IMG/VR virus record: IMGVR_UViG_3300022876_000002
DNA length: 64,000 bases
Direction: 5' to 3' (one strand)
DNA from: a virus
Taxonomy: Duplodnaviria > Caudoviricetes
Below are positions 29,577-38,838 of this stretch, in pieces. The notes beneath the pieces were generated by a model. It was not told where the DNA came from and did no database searches. It was given only the letters and a program-made list of their open reading frames with translations. Both the position numbers and the translations under genes were made by a program. Each line of letters begins with the position of its first letter. The stretch's first letter is position 1.

Positions 29577-31088
29577 TTATTTCTTTTGACCCAACTCAGC
29601 CAGGTTCAATACTCGCAGGTTAGCTACTGCTGACGTATGGATGTAAATCCAATCAGTAGTCTCTACCAACGTGCAGTAACGCAGACCTTTGCTGTTACGC
29701 GTGTCTACTGCTACCCAAACCTTTACCTCGGGGTCTTCCACTGAGTTGAAGGCATTGCGCTCAGGGATGTCATAACCAACATTAATAGTCAATGGTACAG
29801 GCTTAACCGCGTTAGGGTGTTCTACCGGTACTTTAAACACTGACTTGAGTTGATTAAAGTCAGAATGCAACTTGACCTTAACGTCACCCTTCTTGTTGGC
29901 TTCCTTGGTATAGATCAAATCCGTGATCTCGTAGAACTTCAAGTAACCAAAGACATTGGACTCATCTTTAGCCTTGTACGAGTTAAGGATCACATCGAGC
30001 TCTGCCAAAGCGTCACGAATACGGTAAGACATCAACACCGGACTGATCAGTTCAATCAATACCGGCTTACCGTTGCCCTTAGTAACAGGCGACACCAAGT
30101 TGTTGCCCTCACGGATAGCAGGATGTGTGTCAACCATCCGCGCTACTTCTTTACTGGTCAGGTGGTTAAGATCACCAGCTACCAGGTAACCGTCAGGGTT
30201 GTCGATCTTGCGTCTGGTAAACTCATAGAGCTTGTCCAGCAGCGCAATCGGCTCCTTGGTGAACAATGCCGAATAAGTAACGTCGGGAGTCTGCTTACCA
30301 TAGTAGTTCTTGTCTGGCTCTACCTTACCAAACCCGTACTTACGGTACCCGTGTTGCTTATCGTAAAACTCCTCAGCACTCACGCTACCGAAATACCAAC
30401 GGCTAGCCGAGACGATCTTGTTGAAGTCCGATTCAGGGTTCTCGTAGACCTTGCGCGGGATTACATGCAAGTCGGTAGTGTTAGGTTCACCAAACAAACT
30501 GATGACCTCGGCGATCTCCAAACACTTGTGTGCTTGTTTATTACCAGTACCACCTTCCGCACTACCACTAAAGTCAAAGATAATCCTGCTGTCGGTCTCC
30601 TTGAACTTACCAATCGTAACCAAAAGCTCTTGCAGTACGTCTACATCCTTCTGCGTGAGCTCCATACGGTTGATTCGGTAACCAACCTGTACTTTGTCAT
30701 CCTTTAGCTTCCAAACCTCTTGTAGCTCCTTGTGGGGCGTAATAATGCAAAGGTTCTTATAAGGGGACTCTGGTTCCAGGTACAGTGCGACCACGGCCTC
30801 AAATGCACGCAGTACCGCCGTGAACACTGAGCGTGTGTTAGCTACTGTCAGACTAAGGATGTCGTCTACCACTACTACGGTGTTAGCGCGCTGGTTGTTA
30901 CCAGTGTAGTACCCACTTGTAGTAGCGACGTCTTTAGCCAGCTTTTTCTTGCCTTCGTTGGCGATGGTATAACTGTAACCATGTGCCCCAGCATAATTCA
31001 GGTGTTTCCTGCCTCGTTGCAAGGACCGAGCAGTCATGTAGACTACTAGGTTCTTACTGCCTTTGAGGTCTTCGGGCTTATCTGCCAT
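29577..31088 (-). CDS. RNase H-like protein (phiKZ gp155 position), catalytic residues apparently lost (503 aa)
   Basis: Retains the GAHGY, TTSGY and GNxxA family hallmarks and the size/synteny, but VVYMTA, NTRSVF, IITPH and GNKQAH stand where YTDG, NNxAE, xDS and GNxxAD are expected. Confidence 0.6.
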   Translation of the reverse strand: MADKPEDLKGSKNLVVYMTARSLQRGRKHLNYAGAHGYSYTIANEGKKKLAKDVATTSGYYTGNNQRANTVVVVDDILSLTVANTRSVFTAVLRAFEAVVALYLEPESPYKNLCIITPHKELQEVWKLKDDKVQVGYRINRMELTQKDVDVLQELLVTIGKFKETDSRIIFDFSGSAEGGTGNKQAHKCLEIAEVISLFGEPNTTDLHVIPRKVYENPESDFNKIVSASRWYFGSVSAEEFYDKQHGYRKYGFGKVEPDKNYYGKQTPDVTYSALFTKEPIALLDKLYEFTRRKIDNPDGYLVAGDLNHLTSKEVARMVDTHPAIREGNNLVSPVTKGNGKPVLIELISPVLMSYRIRDALAELDVILNSYKAKDESNVFGYLKFYEITDLIYTKEANKKGDVKVKLHSDFNQLKSVFKVPVEHPNAVKPVPLTINVGYDIPERNAFNSVEDPEVKVWVAVDTRNSKGLRYCTLVETTDWIYIHTSAVANLRVLNLAELGQKK

Positions 31089-31107
31089 TGCCGGTGCTCT
31101 TCTTAAG

Positions 31108-31139
31108 TAACCTACCCATTAAGATAACGGGTAGGGTTA
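31108..31139. terminator. Possible hairpin/terminator
   Basis: taacctaccc...gggtagggtta inverted repeat in the intergenic gap. Confidence 0.4.
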
Positions 31140-31607
31140 AAGTTTATTTGGATAGCTGGCACTACACATACGCATAAAGAACTGGTTGTTCTCCCGCAAC
31201 AACTTAGATTCCTGTAACGTACGATTTAGTGTAACCTGGATCCAGTAGTTCTCGTGGGTAAGTGCTACGTTGGATTCCAGCAGCTTGGTGTTCTCATTAC
31301 GTAACTTATTATTGGAGTCGTTGATGCTAGCGGACAGTTTGCTTATTTCCTCCGCTGCGCCAGCCATAGATTGAGGCTTAAGCAACACACCCAATTTAGC
31401 AGATACGGACTTGTAATCTGCCAATTGCGTACGCATATTTAAGTTCTCAGCCAGTAGGCTAATCACAGCAAAAACCAACACGCTAATCAGGAAAACCGTA
31501 GACTTCAAAACAGAGGTGAGTTTCGCTTCAGACGATTCACCTTTAGACATCCGTAGGAGGAATTCTATGAATCTGTCAACTAGCTCTTTTAAGAGCGTGA
31601 ACAACAT
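31137..31607 (-). CDS. Membrane protein: N-terminal TM helix plus coiled coil (156 aa)
   Basis: Hydrophobic VFLISVLVFAVISLLA segment followed by a heptad-rich helix. Confidence 0.7.
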   Translation of the reverse strand: MLFTLLKELVDRFIEFLLRMSKGESSEAKLTSVLKSTVFLISVLVFAVISLLAENLNMRTQLADYKSVSAKLGVLLKPQSMAGAAEEISKLSASINDSNNKLRNENTKLLESNVALTHENYWIQVTLNRTLQESKLLRENNQFFMRMCSASYPNKL

Positions 31608-31637
31608 ATATGACCCTTATTTACTGAGGTGTAAGTG

Positions 31638-32981
31638 ATGGCTGCTAAGAATTATTTGTCTTTCGCTGCGATAGCGGAATTCGCTAACAACGGGGTCAAA
31701 GCTGTATCACCTATTGGTGAGATCTCCAACAAATCGAAGACCTACTCCAAAGACCAGGGTATTTTCACCCTGACTGATCAAGCTTCTGCCACTGTATTGC
31801 ATAATTTCATTAGCCTGGATGGTACTACTGAGATCAGTATGCCAGTTACCATTGCTAATAAGCAACTTGAGATTAGCAACTGGTTAGTCGATCAAACCAA
31901 ACTTGGTAATATCACTGACTCCCGCCCCAACACGCTTGCACTCTTAAAGGCGCAATTCAGTTCCGGTATCGAGATCCTCGATGTCGGTGAGATGGTTACC
32001 AACAACCGTTACTACCTCCCCAGTTTCGTAACGGGTAACCATATCGTTGGTTCAGAGAAACAAACGTTTTATCTGTGGTTCGCTGACGAGTATTTCAAGC
32101 GTCAGTACCCACGCGTGGTCTTCGGTGTAGTACATCCATTAGCTCTGGCCTCCATGGACGATCTGATGCCGATGAACTACGAGCAGATGGCTGCCCGTCT
32201 GGCTCTTGAGACCCCAGACGTAATCGACAAGCGTTTGCATGCCCTCACTGACAACGCCGCATGGCCTGTTACTGACGGTACTACGATGTCGTTCCAGATC
32301 ATGGACCTGATCAACACACCTAAGTCGGTAACCGGCTGGTGGCGCTATATCTGGTGGGGTAACGGTGTCGATGCCGAAGACCTGCTGTTCGACCAGATGC
32401 GTAACGAGATCCTGGCCAACACCAAGTACACGTTGCAGCAATGGGAAGAGAAAATCCCAGATCTGTTCAACCCGATCGAGTTCTACGTTATCCCTAACTG
32501 GAACCGTTACGGCCTGACAAACAAAACCAACGGTGCGCGTGAGTACAGCCCAATCATCGATGAAGAAACCCGGCTGCTCCTCGTTAATAAATATCTGACG
32601 CCTAATATGACGTCGGCCCATGTCATAAAATCCACCCAGCACGTGCCTTTCCTGTACAAGAGTCTGGCTTGTGCGTTCGTGGCTAAGGTCAACAACAGCG
32701 ACGCTACCAAGAAGATTCTCCAGCTTTATCCTGACTACGCTCTGCGTGTTTCGACTGACTCTGATTTCGATCAGATGAACCCGGAGACCATGGAGTTCAT
32801 TCGTCAGATGGAGAACCTGCTGGCTGCTGCTGAAGTAATGACCGACGTTAGCCTGCCTTTGCCTGGCACTACTCGGGTTATTCGCTTTGGCAAGATGTAT
32901 GCTTCCAAACGTGTTGGTCGTGCGCGTTACTTGGTGCTTACCAAGTGGCAAATGATCCAGGATAAGGTGACAGGTATCTGA
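31638..32981 (+). CDS. Virion structural protein, phiKZ gp157-like (447 aa)
   Basis: gaggt RBS 7 nt before ATG 31638; synteny and size. Confidence 0.55.
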   Translation: MAAKNYLSFAAIAEFANNGVKAVSPIGEISNKSKTYSKDQGIFTLTDQASATVLHNFISLDGTTEISMPVTIANKQLEISNWLVDQTKLGNITDSRPNTLALLKAQFSSGIEILDVGEMVTNNRYYLPSFVTGNHIVGSEKQTFYLWFADEYFKRQYPRVVFGVVHPLALASMDDLMPMNYEQMAARLALETPDVIDKRLHALTDNAAWPVTDGTTMSFQIMDLINTPKSVTGWWRYIWWGNGVDAEDLLFDQMRNEILANTKYTLQQWEEKIPDLFNPIEFYVIPNWNRYGLTNKTNGAREYSPIIDEETRLLLVNKYLTPNMTSAHVIKSTQHVPFLYKSLACAFVAKVNNSDATKKILQLYPDYALRVSTDSDFDQMNPETMEFIRQMENLLAAAEVMTDVSLPLPGTTRVIRFGKMYASKRVGRARYLVLTKWQMIQDKVTGI

Positions 32982-32982
32982 T

Positions 32983-33618
32983 ATGGCATCTAACACTATT
33001 ATCCCGTCGATTGACGCACGTGGGCGCTTTGAAGCAGAAGCGCCTTTCGACCTGGTGGTTAAGCCGGAGGTTTACTACACTGTAGAGGCCATCCGCAACA
33101 TCCACGAAATGGAAGCACTTAAACTCGATCTGTTCGAGCTCGTGTTTAAGCCAGCTGGGTTCACTGCAGATACCTTCCCTGCTGCTCTGGAACGTGCACG
33201 TAAAGACGGTGCTAAGGTCCTCAGTCTGTTAGACCGGGCCGACGTAGCTACTTACGTGCTCACCAACTACCTCAAGAGCTGGCCTCTGGTAGACGGTGTT
33301 AGTTACGAGCACATGGTGATTATCGCTGACATGGGTCCTGTGCCTCCAGGCATGGCCGATATCTTGGCCAAAGAAATTGCCCATATCAAGGATCACATTG
33401 AAGCCAACGTAGGGATCACTACCACTGTTACTATTGGTACGATCCCTACTATTGGTTATGTCAGTAAGGAACAAGCCGATGCGTACGAGAACGTGCGTAA
33501 GAGCAAGATCACTGACAGTGGTAATGATGTAGCACGTATTCGCGAACTCGAAGCACAAGCTATCCGGGACCACGCGTATATCCAACAATTAGAAGCCGCT
33601 CTGGCTGCCCGCCCTTAA
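32983..33618 (+). CDS. Probable virion structural protein (211 aa)
   Basis: Co-transcribed between structural genes. Confidence 0.55.
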   Translation: MASNTIIPSIDARGRFEAEAPFDLVVKPEVYYTVEAIRNIHEMEALKLDLFELVFKPAGFTADTFPAALERARKDGAKVLSLLDRADVATYVLTNYLKSWPLVDGVSYEHMVIIADMGPVPPGMADILAKEIAHIKDHIEANVGITTTVTIGTIPTIGYVSKEQADAYENVRKSKITDSGNDVARIRELEAQAIRDHAYIQQLEAALAARP

Positions 33619-33633
33619 ACCCAGGACACTACC

Positions 33634-34809
33634 ATGGAACCAAACTTCAACGAGCTCAACAATACCGACCATGAAGACGCCCCGCACTTGTTCGAGACGT
33701 TGTCGCCAGAGTATACGGATATCCCAGACCCAGAGCACTTCGACACCATCTGTGAAGGCGCCCTGGACACCGTTAAGGGCATGGAGTCCATGTCCACCAC
33801 CTACACCAAGGCTCAGTCCTATCTGTTCGCCTGCATGTCCGCAGCAGACCATATCGACTACAAGCAACAACGTGCTGGTATGGAAGGCGGGTTCTTCTCC
33901 GCCATTGGTGATGGCCTGGGCGCTGCATGGGACTTCATCAAGAAAATGTTCACTGCTGTGTGGCGCGCGTTCTTCGGCGGTGGGGATAACACCGTAGAAA
34001 GCAAGGTCGAAAAAGCCGAGAAGAAAGTCAAAAAGGACAAGGAGGACGTACAAGAAGACGTCAAGCCTGGTAAGTCCGAGGAAGTTGTTGAGAAACAACG
34101 TAAGAAGGCTAAGGATAAAGCTAACAAGGTTAAGAAAGACCCGAAAGCTTCTTCCAGTGACAAAGCCATTGCCGACCAGATGATCAAGAAGATCGACGAA
34201 GGTAATGTCAAGTCTACTAAGCAGAAAGAAGACGATCTTAAAGTAATTAAGGAAAACTACTTCAAGATCAGCAAGGATACTCGCGAGACCATCATCAAGA
34301 ACGTTGGTGAAGCAGAGTCCCTGCGTCGTAAGTACAAAGAGTACGTCGAGAAAGACCGTTCCAGCGAAGTTACTTCTGATCGTTGGAAGAAATGCTACGC
34401 AACGTTCAAGTCTAGCGTATTTGGTAAACTGTTGGATCACCCGATTAACCAAATCGTTAAGGTCGACGCTATCAAGAACCTTGGTCAGGGCGTGGATGTA
34501 TTCAGCCAACTGGAACAAGTGCTCTCTGGCCACCGTGGTGTAGCTGAGACTATCAGCAATCAGAAAGCTACTGTTGAGTCGGAGATCAAGGAACTGGAAG
34601 AAGCCATTCGTAAGAAAGGCAAGGGTTCTAACAGTGGTGAAGTCCATGGTGAGAAATACAACACCAAAGACCAAGTCCGTGAGCGCCTGGCTTCGGCTAA
34701 AGTGGTACTGGGTATCATCAACGCCACTGCTGGCTACCAGACTAAAGCCGTGCAATCGGTAGAACGTCTGAGCGCTAACGTGAAAGAGCACTTCTGCCCG
34801 TTCATGTAA
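33634..34809 (+). CDS. Head (inner body/ejection-type) protein with a protease-cleaved propeptide, phiKZ gp162/163-like family (391 aa)
   Basis: Acidic N-terminus with GME-S and GME-G sites, then an amphipathic helix (FFSAIGDGLGAAWDFIKKMFTAVWRAFFG) and a Lys/Glu-rich body. Confidence 0.65.
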   Translation: MEPNFNELNNTDHEDAPHLFETLSPEYTDIPDPEHFDTICEGALDTVKGMESMSTTYTKAQSYLFACMSAADHIDYKQQRAGMEGGFFSAIGDGLGAAWDFIKKMFTAVWRAFFGGGDNTVESKVEKAEKKVKKDKEDVQEDVKPGKSEEVVEKQRKKAKDKANKVKKDPKASSSDKAIADQMIKKIDEGNVKSTKQKEDDLKVIKENYFKISKDTRETIIKNVGEAESLRRKYKEYVEKDRSSEVTSDRWKKCYATFKSSVFGKLLDHPINQIVKVDAIKNLGQGVDVFSQLEQVLSGHRGVAETISNQKATVESEIKELEEAIRKKGKGSNSGEVHGEKYNTKDQVRERLASAKVVLGIINATAGYQTKAVQSVERLSANVKEHFCPFM

Positions 34810-34820
34810 TAACGCAAACA

Positions 34821-34862
34821 TAACCCCTACCCCAGCCTGGTAAGGGCTTGGGGTAGGGGTTA
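34821..34862. terminator. Bidirectional terminator hairpin
   Basis: taacccctacccc...ggggtaggggtta between convergent genes. Confidence 0.8.
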
Positions 34863-34869
34863 TAACTGG

Positions 34870-36513
34870 TTACGCGTCGGATTCATCCTTACCAGCCGGT
34901 TCATCATCCACTACCGGAGTAGGGATATCACTTACCTTGATCTGACGGATGCTACCGATTGGGATACCGTCTTTGAGGTCGGCTACCACACGGTTGGCAT
35001 ACGGACGCAGGTATGGAGACTTGATACCGAACATGTAAGCGTAGATGATCTCTACCATACGGTCGGTGTGTACGTCGAATACCTTCTTACGGAAGTTCAG
35101 TTCATCCTTGACCAGAGGGATGGCTGGAGAACCATCTTCAGGGTACTCGTATACACGCCAGCTGTTGAGGTCGAGACCGATGTTACCACCATGCTCGTGC
35201 AAGGCCGTCATAACGTCGTTAGCGACCTTTTCCACGTAACCCTGTACATCGCGTGGGCTGATCTGGTAAAGCTCCTTCATGAAGTGGCTAGAGGCCAACA
35301 GACGGGTCTTAACAACCTTGTCGAATGCTTCCTCGGCATAAGCACAGTTTGGCAGCGCTTTGAGGGACTCTTCGATCAGTTGGTCAACCCACTGGCTAAC
35401 CTTGGTCAGCTTACGGACAGCAACCAGTACATCGTTACCCAGGTGCGACCACTCAGCCAGATCGATTGGACGGTCACCCAGGCTGTACTCACCGTTGTCA
35501 GGCAGACGACCAGGTACACGATCCAGACCGATAACCAAACGGGTAAGTGTGTCGTTACCTTTGAACACCAGCATCAGAGCATGGTCGCGTACGGTAACGT
35601 GTGGGGCAATACGCTCAGCTTGCTTGGTAGCAATGGCGATGAAGCGATCGAAACGACCATTGAAGGCAGCGATTACGTCGTCAGTACGTTTGAAGTCACC
35701 ATTGAGCATGTCATCCCACTTGTGGGTTGGCTCGATTGGACGAAGCCAGCTCAGAGGCCACTCACGAGAAAGCTGAGTGATCATTTTCTTGTTACCGCGA
35801 GCGATCATGCCTGGAGAGTTGTTATCCTCACGGCACCAGTCACCAGCAGTGCGTTGACGAACTGGATTGGTAAGACCGTCGTACCACATGCTGATAAAGA
35901 AGTCGAAACTGTCAGCGCGCAATACGTAAGTCATCGGGCTGATGTGATCACGCTCGAAACGGATGTAGGTAACTTCGGTGTCACCTTGGAAACCGTTGTA
36001 GGTCATCACACAACCCATTGCCGGCACACCTGGATTGACCGAGGTGAAGAAGTTATGCAGGGCAATGGAGACCTTGGTGTAGTCGTGCTGCTTCTCGCCG
36101 TGGATGTTTCGTTGCTCGGGGAAGTCTTCTGGGCCGTTGTCCCGTGTCAGATTAACCTTAAAACTAATGTCGGGAGCGAACGGGTAGTAGTGGTTGAAAC
36201 TACCAAAGTCCATGTTGCTCACGAAGTACGGGTCAACATACTCGTATACATTACCCGCCCATTCGGATGCAGGTTTACCAAGCACATCGTCAAGTTTGGA
36301 TACCCCCACTTCCTGAACTGGTTCTGGACCTTGTTCGGTAAACAGTAAAGTGTCACCCGGTTCTACAGCACCAGAATGATCAGTAGTTCCGACATAGCTA
36401 GGAATCCCGCCGTAGCCTTCATTAATGATCGGCCGGGTGTTCACATCCAAGGCTTGTACAAACGGATCGTCCTTGGACAACAGGACATCGTTACGGCCAG
36501 TGGTATCACTCAT
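34870..36513 (-). CDS. Large hypothetical protein (547 aa)
   Basis: aagga RBS before ATG 36513 (MSDTTG), overlapping the upstream stop; no motif recognised. Confidence 0.7.
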   Translation of the reverse strand: MSDTTGRNDVLLSKDDPFVQALDVNTRPIINEGYGGIPSYVGTTDHSGAVEPGDTLLFTEQGPEPVQEVGVSKLDDVLGKPASEWAGNVYEYVDPYFVSNMDFGSFNHYYPFAPDISFKVNLTRDNGPEDFPEQRNIHGEKQHDYTKVSIALHNFFTSVNPGVPAMGCVMTYNGFQGDTEVTYIRFERDHISPMTYVLRADSFDFFISMWYDGLTNPVRQRTAGDWCREDNNSPGMIARGNKKMITQLSREWPLSWLRPIEPTHKWDDMLNGDFKRTDDVIAAFNGRFDRFIAIATKQAERIAPHVTVRDHALMLVFKGNDTLTRLVIGLDRVPGRLPDNGEYSLGDRPIDLAEWSHLGNDVLVAVRKLTKVSQWVDQLIEESLKALPNCAYAEEAFDKVVKTRLLASSHFMKELYQISPRDVQGYVEKVANDVMTALHEHGGNIGLDLNSWRVYEYPEDGSPAIPLVKDELNFRKKVFDVHTDRMVEIIYAYMFGIKSPYLRPYANRVVADLKDGIPIGSIRQIKVSDIPTPVVDDEPAGKDESDA

Positions 36514-36880
36514 CGTCTTTTTCCTTAGCAACGGTAAACGGGGTTGGGTACAAAGTATATTTTACATCAGGTTCTTTATGCAGCGGGCGAATAACGATGT
36601 TCTTGCTATCGTCTCGATTGGCAATAACAGCCAAAGCCATTTCAGCCGGATCCCATTCATTCAGTGCGGCGATATCTTCTTGACTAATCCAGTACTCAAA
36701 GAAACCACGGTGCTCGGTATGTACGGTAAACATCATGCCTCGGAGTGGTGTCCCTAACACACTATGTACCGCCATCTTGGCGGACATGGTTTTAGTCGCA
36801 CCAATACCTTGACTAAATAAAGCATGCCCAAACAGAATACGGAAGTTATCCATTTCCAACTGATCAGGATATACCATCAA
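36506..36880 (-). CDS. Hypothetical protein (124 aa)
   Basis: gaggt RBS; coupled to the downstream gene. Confidence 0.65.
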   Translation of the reverse strand: MMVYPDQLEMDNFRILFGHALFSQGIGATKTMSAKMAVHSVLGTPLRGMMFTVHTEHRGFFEYWISQEDIAALNEWDPAEMALAVIANRDDSKNIVIRPLHKEPDVKYTLYPTPFTVAKEKDDE

Positions 36881-36901
36881 TACAACCTCTAAAAAGGACT
36901 T

Positions 36902-37738
36902 GTGGTTATTATGGACTCTAAACTATACAATATGTCTACGATTAATAAATACACTGCACGCCCAGGTCTGGCAATGCCGCTTCACACCAGAGTAAAAATC
37001 CCTGGTGGTTGGACCACTTTAGGTTTACTGAAACTCAATGACTTGGTAGTTACTCCGGATGGCAACTACGTACCCGTTACTGGTATTTACCCCCAGGGGG
37101 TCACCGATAACTACAAGTTCCTGTTCGAAGACGGCAGGGAAGCCGAGTCTCATCCACTACACCAGTGGGCGGTTTACGAAGACAACCAGCTTACCCCCAT
37201 GGTCACTACCACCTTGGATATCTTGAACCACTTTAGTGACTTCGAGTACAGTATTCCTCTGGTAGGTCGCCTTGGTGTACAGCAAGCTTGCTTGAGTGAC
37301 CAAGAGCTAATAGATATAGCTCACCAGTTATTAACTGGCATAATCACGTTCCCCAAAGTGGAAGAGCTGCATTACGAAGACCGGTTAACGATCGCCCTAA
37401 CAATGATCGAATACCAGGATGCCACCCACACTGACAATGGCGTCTTGATCTCCACTACGTCAGACACAGCCGCATACACCCTGAGAGACCTGATCTGGTC
37501 ATTAGGTGGGATTGTGTATATGGAAGCACAGGACCCATATATCCTGCGTGTGCTGCAACGAGATATCCGTAACCCAGAGAACCTGGTTAGTGATACCATA
37601 CATCAGCGCACCAAGTCACTGAAACTGACAGGCATTACCAGAGACGACCCGGTAGAAACTGTGTGCATTAGCATCGGTGACGACCAAAAGCTTTATGTGA
37701 TTGGTAGTTACCTAGTCACGCATAACGGCGAATGCTAA
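36902..37738 (+). CDS. Stand-alone intein-like Hint protein with class-3 WCT signature and a degenerate LAGLIDADG remnant
   Basis: Block A AMPLHTRVKIPGGWTTLG..L.D.V.TPDG; block B DGREAESHPLHQW; block F VCISI; block G LVTHN, then GEC-stop; true start may be 36902, 36911 or 36932. Confidence 0.85.
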   Translation: MVIMDSKLYNMSTINKYTARPGLAMPLHTRVKIPGGWTTLGLLKLNDLVVTPDGNYVPVTGIYPQGVTDNYKFLFEDGREAESHPLHQWAVYEDNQLTPMVTTTLDILNHFSDFEYSIPLVGRLGVQQACLSDQELIDIAHQLLTGIITFPKVEELHYEDRLTIALTMIEYQDATHTDNGVLISTTSDTAAYTLRDLIWSLGGIVYMEAQDPYILRVLQRDIRNPENLVSDTIHQRTKSLKLTGITRDDPVETVCISIGDDQKLYVIGSYLVTHNGEC

Positions 37739-37759
37739 ACAAAAATAAACCATTAGTAG

Positions 37760-37791
37760 CTTACCCTCTAGCCCTAGGGCTAGAGGGTAAG
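37760..37791. terminator. Bidirectional terminator palindrome
   Basis: cttaccctctagccctagggctagagggtaag is a perfect palindrome between convergent genes. Confidence 0.8.
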
Positions 37792-37793
37792 TA

Positions 37794-37952
37794 TTACGGG
37801 TATTTCTCAAAAGCACGTACCAAGTTTTCGAGGATCATGATTTGGTTATCTACCAAGTACACTAACTCGTCTTCCGGATGCAATTGCTCTTTCTGTCTAA
37901 CAGCGCCCTCCAGTAATTGGAGAGCTTCCTGCTTCGTCATTTTAACGCGCAT
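37794..37952 (-). CDS. Small helical protein (52 aa), absent from the ORF track
   Basis: ggagag RBS; MRVKMTKQEALQLLEGAVRQKEQLHPEDELVYLVDNQIMILENLVRAFEKYP*. Confidence 0.65.
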   Translation of the reverse strand: MRVKMTKQEALQLLEGAVRQKEQLHPEDELVYLVDNQIMILENLVRAFEKYP

Positions 37953-37970
37953 GGCGCTCTCCCATCCTGG

Positions 37971-38321
37971 TTAGGGTGATGGCTCGTTGGTAAGGTCTAC
38001 AGACACACAACCAGTTGTATTGATTGTTAACCCGCCGTCTTGGGAAGTCAGTGCATTTGCAGTGCGACTCAACACGACGTGCTTAGAAACAAATCTGTAA
38101 GCACCTTTAATCGACGGACTAAGCTGCATAGCCTCTTCAGTCAATTCCTGGTAACGTTTGTACATTGCCAGACCAATAGCCCGTTCGTTGGAACCGACAG
38201 CAGCATTAAGATGAAGATCACGGTAATCCAGGTATTCTTCCATTTTGGCGTCAGCTTGCTTAAGCAGATCGGTGATCTTCTTCCGCAAAGCCTTATCGGC
38301 AAAATCAACTACAACACCCAT
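37971..38321 (-). CDS. Small protein with N-terminal motif MGVVVDF (116 aa)
   Basis: Start at ATG 38321 via TAATG overlap with the upstream stop. Confidence 0.7.
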   Translation of the reverse strand: MGVVVDFADKALRKKITDLLKQADAKMEEYLDYRDLHLNAAVGSNERAIGLAMYKRYQELTEEAMQLSPSIKGAYRFVSKHVVLSRTANALTSQDGGLTINTTGCVSVDLTNEPSP

Positions 38322-38515
38322 TACAACTGCCAATGCGCTTCCAGCGCTTCGATCAACTCTTCAAAACCATCGCACGGATCAGTGAGCTGCTCTTCGCCAT
38401 CCCAGGCAACCCACTTGTCAGGGATCGGATCGTAACCCATATCGAGGGAAACGTGGTTCTCACGAGAGTATTGTTGGATTGCGGCAAAACGATCTTCCAA
38501 GGATTTCTTAACCAT
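38321..38515 (-). CDS. Small hypothetical protein (64 aa)
   Basis: TAATG-coupled on both sides. Confidence 0.7.
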   Translation of the reverse strand: MVKKSLEDRFAAIQQYSRENHVSLDMGYDPIPDKWVAWDGEEQLTDPCDGFEELIEALEAHWQL

Positions 38516-38838
38516 TACTCGTTCTCCAGTTCAGCCAAGTAGGAATGGATGGCGGTATTATTGGGAGTCTTTTTGATACCATCCCAATCTACCTTTTTGG
38601 TAACAGGTTGCGTAGGGTTACCGTGGTAGTCCAACTGGGCTTCTACCAAGTAACGGGCAAACGACGTACTAACTTCGTTCTTACGTTGCTGAGCATAAGC
38701 CAGCCCGTACTTGGCGCAGTTGTCGTTGTAGAAGTCACCACCTTCCTGGAAGCGGCGGTACCACGAGGACTTCTCGTCAAACAACTCACGCTTACGCGCC
38801 AGCGCTTCCTGTTGTTTCTGTTCTTTACTTTTACGCAT
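38515..38838 (-). CDS. Small hypothetical protein (107 aa)
   Basis: TAATG-coupled. Confidence 0.7.
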   Translation of the reverse strand: MRKSKEQKQQEALARKRELFDEKSSWYRRFQEGGDFYNDNCAKYGLAYAQQRKNEVSTSFARYLVEAQLDYHGNPTQPVTKKVDWDGIKKTPNNTAIHSYLAELENE

